A DNA stretch of 64,000 nt from Candidatus Spongiisociaceae bacterium (GCA_965262915.1 OZ253564.1:3808001-3872000); one strand, 5' to 3'. Positions 1 to 11,905 are shown, numbered from the stretch's first letter. Translations and numbers: made by a program. Notes: a model not told the origin generated them from the letters alone.

Positions 1-834
1 CGTTACTCGGAGCGCGTCGCGCAGGGCGGCGACCATGAAGTTCTCGAACACCTTGTTCATGTCGACCAGGAAGGACGAGGCCCGCACGTCGCCGCGTCGG
101 AGTTTGATGGACGTCGACTGCAGAATCAGCTGCGCCAGCCGTATGGCCGGCTCGTAGTGGCGGTTCAAGCGGTCGAAGGAGACATCGGGGATGGCGGCTC
201 GCTGATACTCCACCTCCGTGACCTGCCCGAGCACCCGGTCAAAAGCCCGCAGGCTCTTTCGGGCATGGTCCGACCTGATTCGCATCCGTCCGAGACGGAC
301 GATGGCGGCTTTGATGAGGCGGTTCAGTTCGATGTCCCCAGTGAACTCGTCGTAGCTGACCTCAACGGGAGGAAAGATGCCGTAGCGATCCCGGATCTGG
401 TCGTCGAAACGAATCCGGCCCCGCACACCGTGCAATGCCTCCTCCTCGACCCGGTAGTCGTGGAGCAGGCCTCTCTGGAAAGCGCGGCGAACCTGGGCGA
501 CGAGGCCCGGAATCATCGCTTCGAACAGATCGGGCGCCTTCCCGAACTCGAAGTCCTCCGTCCTGAACCGGGCGACTCCGAGAGAATACGAGATGAGGAA
601 TAGCACCCGGTCGATGGGCAGCTTGGGGCGTATCTCCACCGACAGCGTGTCGGTCTGGACGACACCGACCGTGGGGCCCGCGGTGAGGTCGTAGACGCCT
701 TCGCTGCCTGGTGTGGAAGCGATGGTTATGGACGGCGCAACTTCTGTGAGCGCATCGCGATCCGCCGTGGACAACTCGATCCCGGAGCACTTCTCGTATT
801 CGGTGAGTCTCATCTCCAGCATCCGCCTGATCAC
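1..834 (-). CDS. mcrC: McrC-family restriction subunit (partial, runs off left edge)
   Basis: Manual translation from GTG at 834: VIRRMLEMRLTEYE...VGVVQTDTLSVEIRPKLPIDRVLFLISYS...RGLLHDYRVEEEALHGVRGRIRF...YDEFTGDIELNRLIKAA, typical McrC N-half; lies downstream of mcrB. Not in the ORF track because it has no stop in the window. Confidence 0.88.
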   Translation of the reverse strand, partial: MIRRMLEMRLTEYEKCSGIELSTADRDALTEVAPSITIASTPGSEGVYDLTAGPTVGVVQTDTLSVEIRPKLPIDRVLFLISYSLGVARFRTEDFEFGKAPDLFEAMIPGLVAQVRRAFQRGLLHDYRVEEEALHGVRGRIRFDDQIRDRYGIFPPVEVSYDEFTGDIELNRLIKAAIVRLGRMRIRSDHARKSLRAFDRVLGQVTEVEYQRAAIPDVSFDRLNRHYEPAIRLAQLILQSTSIKLRRGDVRASSFLVDMNKVFENFMVAALRDALRVT

Positions 835-865
835 GCTCCCTCGGCCTGCCGTCGGCTTGCTCTCC
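793..865. repeat. Copy A of duplicated mcrB-stop/mcrC-start junction
   Basis: CTCGTATTCGGtGAGtcTcATCTCcAGCATCCGCCTGATCACGCTCCCTC matches 1514-1587 with a 721-bp offset. Confidence 0.85.
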
Positions 866-1133
866 TGCCGGCGGGAACCCAACTGCTGGTTCCTGTCGGC
901 CTGCGGTACGGGCCGGGCCCTCTTGCCAACAACGCCGTCACAACCGGACCGAAGGGACCACGGGACAAGTCCGAACCCCGAGTGGTTTCCGACTGTTCAG
1001 GCAGGTGGGCAGGCACCCGTCGCCTTGGCACTCATGACCGTACCGGGCGCGCTCCGCAGGTACAACTAACCTCTAGTCATGTTAAGACTTGAAGTATATA
1101 GTGGGTGCTAGATTGAGAAAGGGAGCGAAGCGG

Positions 1134-1322
1134 ATGACCACGACCGCTGGTCCCCTAACCGAAAGCCTGGTGGATGCGAGGGACGAGGCTCGTCAGGCGG
1201 AGGTACGTACCGACATCGCGTCGGCGCTACTCAAGATCGAGAAGCGGTTCAACGACCAAACCAAGTGGATCGTCGGGGTTGACATTGCGGTCGCGGCGCT
1301 GCTCATCGCGGTGCTCCGATGA
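1134..1322 (+). CDS. Small coiled-coil protein with C-terminal TM helix
   Basis: ATG after AAAGGGAG; EVRTDIASALLKIEKRFNDQTKWIVGVDIAVAALLIAVLR resembles DUF1640/CCDC90-type tail-anchored proteins. Confidence 0.6.
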   Translation: MTTTAGPLTESLVDARDEARQAEVRTDIASALLKIEKRFNDQTKWIVGVDIAVAALLIAVLR

Positions 1323-1513
1323 CGGAGCCTCGGCGTTCCTCGACGGTGAGGCCCCATTCGTAAGCCGACCCATGGTCGCAAGGCCAACTGTCGCGGTACT
1401 GCACCGGAGCAGGTGGCAGAGGCCGTGCTCCGGTCCCGGCCGGGACGGGATAAGTTCACGGTTCGTCAATCCCGGACGCAGCAGGCCCGCATCAAACCAA
1501 GTCTGTAATCCCC

Positions 1514-1587
1514 CTCGTATTCGGCGAGCGTGATCTCAAGCATCCGCCTGATCACGCTCCCTCTGGATGGCCGTCGCCCTGTTCTCC
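1514..1587. repeat. Copy B of mcrB/mcrC junction; the mcrC start here aborts after about 29 codons
   Basis: Minus strand reads VIRRMLEITLAEYEGDYRLGLMRACCVRD* directly after the mcrB stop. Confidence 0.8.
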
Positions 1588-3315
1588 CTCATCCCCGGTG
1601 GGTGTCGCCGCGTCTCGCAGCCGATGCAGGGCGAACTCTTTGAGCCGGTCGTCCTCACCGAAGAACTGCTCGGCGATGTACGGAAGCACCGAGTGATCCC
1701 AGATCAATTCAACCCACTCCTCGTCGAGATTCTGGTCCATGAAATAGCTCGGACCGATGGCGGCGTGCCGCCGACCCAACTTCTTGTTGGCCCGATCCAC
1801 CACCTCGGCCACCCAGAACAATTCGGGTTTGTTCTTGTTGAGCCATCGGGCCAGCAGACCCTCGATCGGCGGTTGGTCGGGAAAGAACGGAGAGAAGTGG
1901 AAACGTCGCCGGAGCGCCGAATCGACCAGGGCGATCGAGCGGTCGGCAGTGTTCATGGTGCCGATGATCCACAGGTTCTCCGGTAGCGAGAAGGCATCGT
2001 CCGAGTACTGGAGCTTGATTTTCTCCTTCCGGTACTCCAAGAGAAAGTAGAGCTCACCGAACACCTTGCCCAGATTCCCGCGGTTGATCTCGTCGATGAT
2101 CAGCACGAACGTTTCTTCGTCGGACGCTTCCTCTGCCCGGCGGGCGATCCGCTTGAGTGGACCCTCACGGAGCTCGAACCCTGCCATATTTCCCTTGAGC
2201 GAGGCGGGCCGGTACCCCTCGACGAAGTCCTCGTACGCGTAAGACGGATGGAACTGCACCAGATCGACTCGCTCCTCGTCACGCGCGATATGGGCCGCCA
2301 GCTTGCGGGCCACATAAGTCTTGCCCGTCCCCGGTGGTCCGTAGAAGATCACCTGTCGACGGTGACGCAGCAAACGGTGGATGAGATCCAGATGGCTCTT
2401 GGGGATCAGAAGATCGTCGGCCAGCCCGTGGAGTGTCGTAGGCACGCCCTCATGCTCGTCCGGCCCCTCGGTCGGTAATGGTGACGGGGTGGGAACCTGC
2501 ACCTTGGCGGGCGTGGCTGGCTCAGGTGAGCTTCTCTTCGGATGATCCCACCGTTGGCGGAGAGGATCGCGGTAAAAGCTGAACCCCCGCCCGTGATCGC
2601 CGGTTAGCGCTTCCCTTATCTGCAGTAGTCGCCGGTCTACATCATCGGATGGGTCCGATACCAGATGGACGAAGGCGCTGGCGATCCGGTCCTTGTGACT
2701 CAGGGCCATGGCCGTTTCGTAGTTGTCGGGATGGAGGAGATGCAGAAGCGCGTTGCGCTGCAGGCCGTCAGCGCCACCGGGAACGCTCTCCACGAAACGC
2801 TTGAACTCCCAAGGATCCTCCAAGAGCAGGCGTCCCTCATCGCTGTCAGGAGACTTCCAGAGGCGGCTGAACTCGATCAGGAAACGAAGCTGTTGCCAAC
2901 GATACGTGTTGAATCCGAAGCCCGCATGCCCGACGCCCTGATCGAGAGCAGCATCAAGCGTCGCGGGAATACTCACATGTTCGGGAGACCAACCGAGCAC
3001 GCTCTCGATAACGGCCACCTTTCCCTTCCTCCCGATCGGCTTGTTCTTGGCCGCCAGAAAGTGCACGAACAGCAGCTCGCCCATCAGCTGGAATACCGCC
3101 GGATCGGCGCCGGCGAACTGCCGCTCGAGCTTGGTCAGGAAGTCATCTCTACCCTCGTCCGCCCCCATCACGAAGCGGCGATGCAGTTCGTCGAGCCATC
3201 GCCGCGACCAGATCTCCTTGCCGGATGTGAAGAGCGAATCGTCGTCCAGAAGAGCGGCGTCGGCCCATATTCGGGCCACCTCGTACAACTCGGGACACTC
3301 CTGTCGGCGGGCCAT
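1552..3315 (-). CDS. mcrB: McrB-family AAA+ GTPase with non-canonical N-terminal domain
   Basis: GPPGTGKT, VQFHPSYAYEDFVEG, IIDEINRGN, McrB signature MNTADRS, ALRRRF. Confidence 0.92.
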   Translation of the reverse strand: MARRQECPELYEVARIWADAALLDDDSLFTSGKEIWSRRWLDELHRRFVMGADEGRDDFLTKLERQFAGADPAVFQLMGELLFVHFLAAKNKPIGRKGKVAVIESVLGWSPEHVSIPATLDAALDQGVGHAGFGFNTYRWQQLRFLIEFSRLWKSPDSDEGRLLLEDPWEFKRFVESVPGGADGLQRNALLHLLHPDNYETAMALSHKDRIASAFVHLVSDPSDDVDRRLLQIREALTGDHGRGFSFYRDPLRQRWDHPKRSSPEPATPAKVQVPTPSPLPTEGPDEHEGVPTTLHGLADDLLIPKSHLDLIHRLLRHRRQVIFYGPPGTGKTYVARKLAAHIARDEERVDLVQFHPSYAYEDFVEGYRPASLKGNMAGFELREGPLKRIARRAEEASDEETFVLIIDEINRGNLGKVFGELYFLLEYRKEKIKLQYSDDAFSLPENLWIIGTMNTADRSIALVDSALRRRFHFSPFFPDQPPIEGLLARWLNKNKPELFWVAEVVDRANKKLGRRHAAIGPSYFMDQNLDEEWVELIWDHSVLPYIAEQFFGEDDRLKEFALHRLRDAATPTGDEGEQGDGHPEGA

Positions 3316-3398
3316 TGGTGGTGCTCCTCGTATCTCATAGCCAATCGGGACGATCCCCGAGCATCATCAAGATCGAGTCTACGAGGGGCCTGTGACAG

Positions 3399-4682
3399 TC
3401 ATGGTCCTAGGCAAGCCAGTGGAACGACCGCCACCCCGTCAGATCGTTCATAGGAGTATCTTCCGCCGGTGATCACCACCAGCCGGGCGAGGCCAGCGGC
3501 CCGTTCTCTGGCAACGCGGCCTCTGAGTTCCAGCAAGCCTCGTGCCGCCTTGTCGATAGCAGAGGCGCCGCCGAGCTTCACTTCTGCTGCGATCCATCGA
3601 CCGTCGCCGGTCTCGATCACTGCGTCGGCCTCGAGTCCGTAGGTGTCCCGGTAGTGGTATACGGAGGCGTCGCTCGCCTGGGAGTAGATACGCAGATCAC
3701 GGATGGCCATAGATTCGAACAGGAAGCCGAATGCGTTCAGGTCATCAAGATACCGCTGCGGACCTGCACCGAGCACGGCGGCAGCCAGGGATGGATCGAC
3801 GAAGTGACGCTTCGGGGACCGGATAAGGCTGGCCCTTGATCTGATGTGCGTGTTCCACGCAGGCAGATCCTCCACCACGAACAGGCGGCTCAGCACATCC
3901 AAGTACGTCTTTACGGTGGTGCGGTTCAAGGGGACTTCACCGCCTGTCTCGGCTGCCAGCTTCTGGAAACCAGCGGTCGTGGAGACGTTGCGAGCCAGCG
4001 ACCGTATCAGTCGCATCACGCCTCTGGGACTGCGGCGGATCCCATCGACCGCCGAGACATCCACCCGGCAGATGTCGTCCAGGTAGTCGCGGGTGAAGCG
4101 ACGAGCCTCCATCATCGGGGTGTCGATGAGCTGGGGCCAGCCACCGCGACAGGCGGCCCCGACAAGTCCGGGAACGTCCAGGCCCGCTTCGGCGGCCGGG
4201 AGTTCCCGTCCTTCGAGCACCGCCCCGAGCGAGGCCGCTCCGGTGGAGAGTCCGGTTTCCCGGAGCGACATGGGACGCATACGCACGCGACTGATCCGGC
4301 CTGCACCCGAATGGCGGGTCAACTCGTCGGCGGGAACGGCGGACCCGGTGAGTATGAACTGGCCCGGACGACCGCGCCGGTCGCAGGCGGCCCTCACGAG
4401 GTGCCACAACTCGGGGACACGCTGCCATTCGTCCAACAGACGGGGAGTGGGACCGTCGAGCAGGAGCCCCGGAGCATGCGGAGCAATCTCCCAGAGGTCC
4501 GGACGCTCTTCCAGAAATATCTCGCTGCGGGCGAAGTGTTGCCCGGTCCACGTCTTGCCACAACCTTTGGGGCCTTCTATCAGTACGGCTCGCGCCGAGC
4601 GCAACGCCACCGGAACTTCCGTGTCCACGACCCGATCCAGGTAGATGCGCTCGGGATCCGCATGGCCTGGAGTTGTGAGCAT
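3399..4682 (-). CDS. AAA_14 ATPase with DUF4143 C-terminal domain
   Basis: GPKGCGKT, LLDEWQ, FILTGS, PKRHFVDPSL, C-terminal EADAV...AEVK nuclease-like motif. Confidence 0.88.
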   Translation of the reverse strand: MLTTPGHADPERIYLDRVVDTEVPVALRSARAVLIEGPKGCGKTWTGQHFARSEIFLEERPDLWEIAPHAPGLLLDGPTPRLLDEWQRVPELWHLVRAACDRRGRPGQFILTGSAVPADELTRHSGAGRISRVRMRPMSLRETGLSTGAASLGAVLEGRELPAAEAGLDVPGLVGAACRGGWPQLIDTPMMEARRFTRDYLDDICRVDVSAVDGIRRSPRGVMRLIRSLARNVSTTAGFQKLAAETGGEVPLNRTTVKTYLDVLSRLFVVEDLPAWNTHIRSRASLIRSPKRHFVDPSLAAAVLGAGPQRYLDDLNAFGFLFESMAIRDLRIYSQASDASVYHYRDTYGLEADAVIETGDGRWIAAEVKLGGASAIDKAARGLLELRGRVARERAAGLARLVVITGGRYSYERSDGVAVVPLACLGP

Positions 4683-4711
4683 TGCCGCCTTATCTGTCGG
4701 AGAACCTAATC

Positions 4712-4790
4712 TATCCTACATTATTCGGGACTTTAATCCTACAGTTATTAGGTTACGTATCCTACAATCATCAGAGGTATCAGCCTACGG
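4712..4790. repeat. Four degenerate direct repeats with 23-bp period (CCTAC core)
   Basis: CCTAC at 4715, 4738, 4761 and 4784 in an AT-rich patch just upstream of the AAA_14 start. Confidence 0.75.
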
Positions 4791-4909
4791 ATTTCTGCTC
4801 ACCAGCCGTTTCTCAAGCCCCGGTCAACCCTTGGATCGATGTTTCCTTGAGCATTTCCGAAGGCTCGATTCGGATTGAACCAACGGATTTCGGTGCAATC
4901 GAAGGGAAA

Positions 4910-5287
4910 TCAGGAAGGTATAACTGCTACCAGGTCGATCTCGACCATTATTCCCAGCAGGTCGCTGCCTACCGTCGTACGAACCGGCTTGGGGTCTCTG
5001 AATCGACGCTCGTACACCCGGTTGAACGCCGCGAAGTCACCGAGGTCCTGGAGGTGCACCGTTGCCTTTACGGCATGGTCGAGGCTGGCACCGGCTGCTT
5101 CCAGAACCGCGCTCAGGTTGTCGATGGTCAGCTCCGTCTGCTCCTCGATGGTGTCGCCGACGACCTTGCCGGTCTCCGGATCCAGCGGACCCATTCCAGC
5201 CGTGAAAACCAGGTTGCCGACCCGCATACCCTGCGAGTATGGACCCGCCGGCGCCGCGGCGGCATCGGTGCGGATTTCTTGTTTCAT
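4910..5287 (-). CDS. RidA/YjgF family enamine/imine deaminase
   Basis: APAGPYSQG, FAAFNRVY, KPVRTTV, VEIDLVA. Confidence 0.9.
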   Translation of the reverse strand: MKQEIRTDAAAAPAGPYSQGMRVGNLVFTAGMGPLDPETGKVVGDTIEEQTELTIDNLSAVLEAAGASLDHAVKATVHLQDLGDFAAFNRVYERRFRDPKPVRTTVGSDLLGIMVEIDLVAVIPS

Positions 5288-5403
5288 GTTCTACCGTCAC
5301 TCCCGGGTGATGTTGTCTTATCTGCGATCTGCCGATCTGCTCGCTCGACAACGGCCCCACGCCGCCACTATCCCGCAAGCCTCCTGCCCGACGAGGCTAG
5401 TCC

Positions 5404-5793
5404 CTACATGGGAGCGATAGCCGGGATCCCCAGGGCTCGGGCAGCGTCTCCCAAACGCCGGTCGTAGGTCACCACCCCTTTGAGTTCATCACCTAACTCC
5501 AATGCCGCGGCGAGGTGCAGGGCATCCAGGCTGCGGAGCGCAACCGGTTCGAGCATGGCCGCCCGCTCGCACACGGAGGTTGAGAGTTTCAGCAGGATCA
5601 GGGAGTCTAGGAGCCCCCTCGCCTCAGTCATCCGCTCCGGATCAACTCTTGTCGTGACCCTCAACAGCTCCGTCCTCAGGAGATCACTCGACAACACCTG
5701 AGCGTCCACCGCCTCCAACCAACTGCGCATCCCGGTCGAACCTCGCTCCACGAAGATCAACTTCACCGCTGCGGACGTGTCCAGATAGAACAA
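5404..5793 (-). CDS. vapC: VapC PIN-domain toxin
   Basis: YLDTSAAVKL...E...LRSLDALHLAAA...VTYDRRL. Confidence 0.9.
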   Translation of the reverse strand: MFYLDTSAAVKLIFVERGSTGMRSWLEAVDAQVLSSDLLRTELLRVTTRVDPERMTEARGLLDSLILLKLSTSVCERAAMLEPVALRSLDALHLAAALELGDELKGVVTYDRRLGDAARALGIPAIAPM

Positions 5794-5795
5794 GG

Positions 5796-6071
5796 TCAGT
5801 ACCGCTCGGCCTCGCGCATCTCCTCCAGCACCTCCGACGGTGCCGGCCTGCCCTGCCCGGGTCGAGCCGGCGGAGGCAGTTCGGTCAGGGATCGGAGCGC
5901 CGGTCGCGCCTGCCCCGACGAAATCAGACCCTCGATCCGGCTCGTAGCGAGCGGCACCATGCGAGCGACTGGCCGACCACGATGCGTGATCGTCACCGAC
6001 TCACCAGCCGTCACCATTGTGACCACAGCCGATGCGTTCTGCTTCAACGCCCGTATCCCTACCTCAGCCAT
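5796..6071 (-). CDS. Phd/YefM-family antitoxin
   Basis: VGIRALKQNASAVV...GESVTITHRGRPVARMVP; directly upstream of the PIN gene. Confidence 0.88.
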   Translation of the reverse strand: MAEVGIRALKQNASAVVTMVTAGESVTITHRGRPVARMVPLATSRIEGLISSGQARPALRSLTELPPPARPGQGRPAPSEVLEEMREAERY

Positions 6072-6089
6072 GTTCTACAATGTAGCACA
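6071..6089. promoter_or_regulatory. Palindromic TA operator abutting the antitoxin start
   Basis: TGTTCTACA-A-TGTAGCACA, inverted repeat with 1 mismatch. Confidence 0.65.
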
Positions 6090-6218
6090 ACGTGCTCGTT
6101 GACCCGGCCCGCAAGCCATGTTGCACTACCGGTCCGCAGTTGGCGACGCGACTGTTCACAGCCACGGTGGACGAGATCTTCACGCAGCCGTGACACGTTC
6201 TTCGGCACGCGGGCCGGG

Positions 6219-7745
6219 TCAGGCGAGTGGGCCCGTCACAACCTCGACCGCAGCCACCAGGTCCTCGTCTGTGAGAAGTTCCTCGGCTGCTCCGAGTTCG
6301 GGCGACAGGACACGATCCGGACCAGGGCCGGACACCCGGCTTCGCAGCAGCCGGACAGCCGCTGCGGTGCCGGCGGCCGGTTGCAGTGGTCCGCGCAGGT
6401 CGATGGCGCGCGCGGCTGTGACCCATTCGATGGCGAGGATCCGGCGCACGTTATCGATCACTTGACGGAGTTTGCGGGCTGCGCTCCAACCCATCGAGAC
6501 GTGATCTTCTTGCATCGCCGAGGTTGGATAGGAGTCGACCGAGGCGGGGGCGGCCAGCCGCCGGTTCTCGGCACACATGGCGGCCGCGGTGTACTGGCCG
6601 ATCATCAGACCGCTGTCGACACCGGGGTCGTCTGCCAGGAAGGGCGGGAGACCGTGGGAGCGGTTGTGATCCAGTAGGCGGTCGAGCCGTCTCTCCGCTA
6701 TGGCCCCCACCTCGGCCAGGGCGATCGCCAGGTAGTCGGCAGCCAGGGCAACCGGCGCTCCGTGGAAATTGCCACAGGACTCGACCCGGCCATCGGGTAG
6801 GACCATCGGATTGTCGATCGCCGACGCCAGTTCCCGGTCGGTCACCTCCGCTACGAAAGCAAGGGTATCGCGCGCCGCGCCGTGGACCTGAGGCGTGCAT
6901 CGAACCGAATAGGCGTCCTGCACGCGCAGATCTCCGCTGCGATGGCTGGCGACTATCGGGGATCCCGCGAGAACGGCCCGCAGGTTCGCGGCGCTGGCGG
7001 CCTGGCCTGGATGGGGCCGCAACGCCTGGAGATCGGCGGCATACGCACGGTCGGTGGCCAACAGTCCCTCGACGGTGAGGGCCGCGACGATGTCCGCGAC
7101 AGTGAGCAGGTAGGCAGCATCATGAACCGCCAGGCAGAGCATTCCAAGGATGCCGTCGGTGCCATTCGTGAGCGCCAAGCCTTCCTTCTCGGCCAGCACC
7201 ACCGGTTCGATCCCCTCGGAGGCTAGGACCGAGGCGGCGTCCCGCAATCCGCTGTCGGTCATCACCTCACCTTCACCAATGAGCGCGAGCCCGACGTGGG
7301 CCAGCGGCGCCAGGTCCCCGCTCGCGCCCAGCGACCCGTGCTCGGGGACTCTGGGAACGACACCGGCGTTCAGCAGGCGCAGCAGTCCCTCCGCAACCAC
7401 CGGTCGGGCGCCCGACGCTCCTAGCGCCAGGGTCCTCGCCCGCAGGAACATCATGGCCCGGACCACTTCGGCCTCCACGGCCCGCCCCATCCCCGCCGCG
7501 TGGGAGCGTATGAGCGAACGCTGGAGGGCGATCCTTCTTTGTGTGGGGATCGTCGTGGTCGCCAGAGCACCGAAGCCCGTGCTGACACCGTAGGTGGGTT
7601 CGCCCTCCGCGAGGTGTTCGACGATGGCCCGAGCAGTTCCCATGCGGACGCGGGCCGCTTCGGTCAGGCGAACGTGCTCGCCCAGACGAGCCACCGCGAC
7701 AACATCTGCGACGGTTACTCCCGGACCATCGAGGTACACGGTCAC
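6219..7745 (-). CDS. hutH: Histidine ammonia-lyase
   Basis: YGVSTGFG, LIRSHAAG, MIO motif GSLGASGDLAPL, QDAYSVRC, QEDHVSM. Confidence 0.95.
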   Translation of the reverse strand: MTVYLDGPGVTVADVVAVARLGEHVRLTEAARVRMGTARAIVEHLAEGEPTYGVSTGFGALATTTIPTQRRIALQRSLIRSHAAGMGRAVEAEVVRAMMFLRARTLALGASGARPVVAEGLLRLLNAGVVPRVPEHGSLGASGDLAPLAHVGLALIGEGEVMTDSGLRDAASVLASEGIEPVVLAEKEGLALTNGTDGILGMLCLAVHDAAYLLTVADIVAALTVEGLLATDRAYAADLQALRPHPGQAASAANLRAVLAGSPIVASHRSGDLRVQDAYSVRCTPQVHGAARDTLAFVAEVTDRELASAIDNPMVLPDGRVESCGNFHGAPVALAADYLAIALAEVGAIAERRLDRLLDHNRSHGLPPFLADDPGVDSGLMIGQYTAAAMCAENRRLAAPASVDSYPTSAMQEDHVSMGWSAARKLRQVIDNVRRILAIEWVTAARAIDLRGPLQPAAGTAAAVRLLRSRVSGPGPDRVLSPELGAAEELLTDEDLVAAVEVVTGPLA

Positions 7746-7756
7746 TCCTGCACCGC

Positions 7757-8464
7757 CTACGGCCGGAAGAGCGCCAGCGATGCGTCAACGGCCGCGTCGA
7801 CCACAGCCCTGGCGGTGCGTTCCAAGCGGTCCCCCACCATCCGGTCGGCCGGCCCCAAGACCGAGAAGGCTCCCACAACCCCCGAGGCCCCTTGGATCGG
7901 CGCCACCACCGCGGTTACGTCCGGTTCGATTGCGCCCGTGTTGAAGAACGGCGAAGGGGGGGAGCCGGATCTGACGGGGTCGCTCGTCAGAGCTTCGCCC
8001 ACGGCGGTGCCCTTGACGGGCACCGACTTGCCGACCCAACCGACGTGGCGGATGGCCCTCCGGCTCTCCACCGAGGCGATATAGACGGCCTGGCTCCCGT
8101 CCTTGACCGCCAGGTAGGCAGATTCCTCGGTGACATCGGCCAAGCGCTTCAACACCGGTCGAGCAGCTGCGTTGAGGCGGGCGTACGGACCCGACTGGAA
8201 GGCGGCCAGCGCGATCCGCACGAAGGTAGGCCCGACTGAATACCTTCCCACATCGTCCTTGACCAGGTAGCCGTGGCTCGTGAGGACCCGCAGGTGCCGC
8301 AGAGCGGTGCTGACCGGTATCCGGGTCTCGGCAGCCACACCTGTCAGGCCGACCGCCCCACCGGTCACGACCGCGTCGAGCAGGCTCAAGACCCGCTCCG
8401 CCGAGCGTGACACATGAAGCGTCGGACGGGCGTCGTTCTTTGAGGGTGCACCGGCCGCGGTCAT
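7757..8464 (-). CDS. IclR-family transcriptional regulator (probable hut regulator)
   Basis: N-terminal HTH (SAERVLSLL...STALRHLRVL) plus IclR effector domain; divergent from hutU. Confidence 0.85.
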   Translation of the reverse strand: MTAAGAPSKNDARPTLHVSRSAERVLSLLDAVVTGGAVGLTGVAAETRIPVSTALRHLRVLTSHGYLVKDDVGRYSVGPTFVRIALAAFQSGPYARLNAAARPVLKRLADVTEESAYLAVKDGSQAVYIASVESRRAIRHVGWVGKSVPVKGTAVGEALTSDPVRSGSPPSPFFNTGAIEPDVTAVVAPIQGASGVVGAFSVLGPADRMVGDRLERTARAVVDAAVDASLALFRP

Positions 8465-8547
8465 CGAGTTCGGTGGGCCACTAGTGATAGACGGCAGCCG
8501 GGGAACACGAACAGCGACCCGGATAGGGTCCTAGAACAACCGTTTAG

Positions 8548-8606
8548 TTTCATAATCTGAAATCTCTTTTTGGTTATTGACAGAATAGTCCCAACATCGG
8601 TATAAT
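8548..8606 (+). promoter_or_regulatory. hutU-operon promoter with IclR-type operator
   Basis: TTGACA (8577-82)-N18-TATAAT (8601-06); palindrome TTTCA-taatc-TGAAA at 8548-62. Confidence 0.75.
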
Positions 8607-8662
8607 TCAAGGGCTATATCGACCGGCTATGGCCGACCCATCCAGATCCGTGGAGGTCTGCG

Positions 8663-10353
<1,691 letters not shown>

Positions 10354-10354
<1 letters not shown>

Positions 10355-11895
10355 TGGCTGCACGACGGCGGCGGGGCGGGCGCAGAGCCCGTATCGCAGA
10401 CCGCGGCCCCGCCAACCCCCAGCGCCCGTTCCGCCAGCCCCGGCTCCCTTGGCAGCCGGTTCGGGCGATCTCCGATGACCGCCTCGAGGCCATCCACGAC
10501 GCTTCTCTGAAGGTCCTGCGGGATATCGGGATGGACATGCTGCACCCGGAAGCTCGGAGACTCCTAGCCCGCGAGGGCGCCGATGTAGAACCGGACTCGG
10601 CACGGGTGCGGTTCGATCCCGAGATGGTCACCGAACTGGTCGGTTACGCACCCAGCCAGTTCACATTGCACGCCCGCAACCCCGTCCACCACATCCGGAT
10701 GGGTGGGAACTCGGTGGCGTTCGCGGCGGTAGCCAGCCCTCCCAACGTCTCGGGCCTCGGCCGTGATCGACGGACCGGCAATCGCGAGGACTTCAGGAGG
10801 CTCGTGTGCCTCAGCCAGCACCTCAATGTCGTGCATCTGCATGGCGGGTACCCGGTGGAACCCACGGACATCCATCCGTCCGTTCGCCACCTGCAGGCCA
10901 CCCTGGACCTGTTGACGCTTAGCGACAAGGCCATCCACACCTACAGCCTCGGACGGCAGCGTACGCTCGACACCATCGAGATGGCCCGCATCGCTCGCGG
11001 GATCAGCGAGGACGAACTCGACGCCCAGCCGTCCTTGTACACGATCGTCAACACCTCGTCACCTCTGCGTCTCGATGCGCCGATGATCGAGGGAATCCTC
11101 GAGATGTCGGCCCGCAACCAGCCGGTTGTCATAACCCCGTTCACGTTGGCGGGCGCGATGGCGCCGGTGACGATCGCGGGCGCTCTGGTGCAGCAGAACG
11201 CTGAGGCTCTGGCCGGTATCGCCCTCACCCAGGCGGTGCGACGCGGGGCACCCGTAGCGTACGGGGCGTTCACTTCCAACGTCGACATGCAGTCGGGGGC
11301 GCCCGCCTTCGGAACCCCCGAGTACCTGCAGGCAGCGCTTGCGGGCGGTCAACTGGCCCGGCGATACGCCCTCCCCTACCGGTCCTCCAACGCCAACGCC
11401 TCCAACGCCGTGGACCTCCAGGCCACCTACGAGAGCATGTTCTCGCTCTGGGGCGCCGTAATGGGCGGCGCCAACCTGATAATGCACGCGGCCGGGTGGC
11501 TCGAAGGCGGGCTGCGGGCATCCTTCGAGAAGATGGTGCTGGACGCCGACCTGCTGCAGATGATCTGCGCAGCCCTCGAGCCACCCGCCGTGGACGATGG
11601 TGCGCTGGCGCTCGACGCCATCGCCGACGTGGGTCCGGGCGGTCATTTCTTCGGTACCGCCCACACCCAGGCCCGCTACCGCAACGCCTTCCATACACCG
11701 CTCCTGTCCGACTGGCGGAACTTCGAGACGTGGGATGAGGCCGGACGGCCCGATCCGGCCCTGCGAACCGAGTCCCTGGCCAGGGAGTTCCTCGAAGCCT
11801 ACGAGGAGCCCCCGATGGAACCCGCCATCCGGGAGGAGCTCAACGAGTTCGTGGCCCGCCGTGTCGGCGAAGGCGGCGTAGCTACCGATTTCTGA
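10354..11895 (+). CDS. MttB-superfamily (non-pyrrolysine) trimethylamine/quaternary-amine methyltransferase
   Basis: GTG overlapping hutU stop; SSPLRLD, TPFTLAGAMAPVT, NVDMQSGAPAFGTPE, HAAGWLEGGL, GPGGHFFG; no in-frame TAG. Confidence 0.88.
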
Positions 11896-11905
11896 GAGGA
11901 GTTGT

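Noticed and set aside
4712-4790. Possible mini-CRISPR array
   Set aside because: The 23-bp period leaves no room for spacers, the repeats are degenerate, and no cas genes are present.
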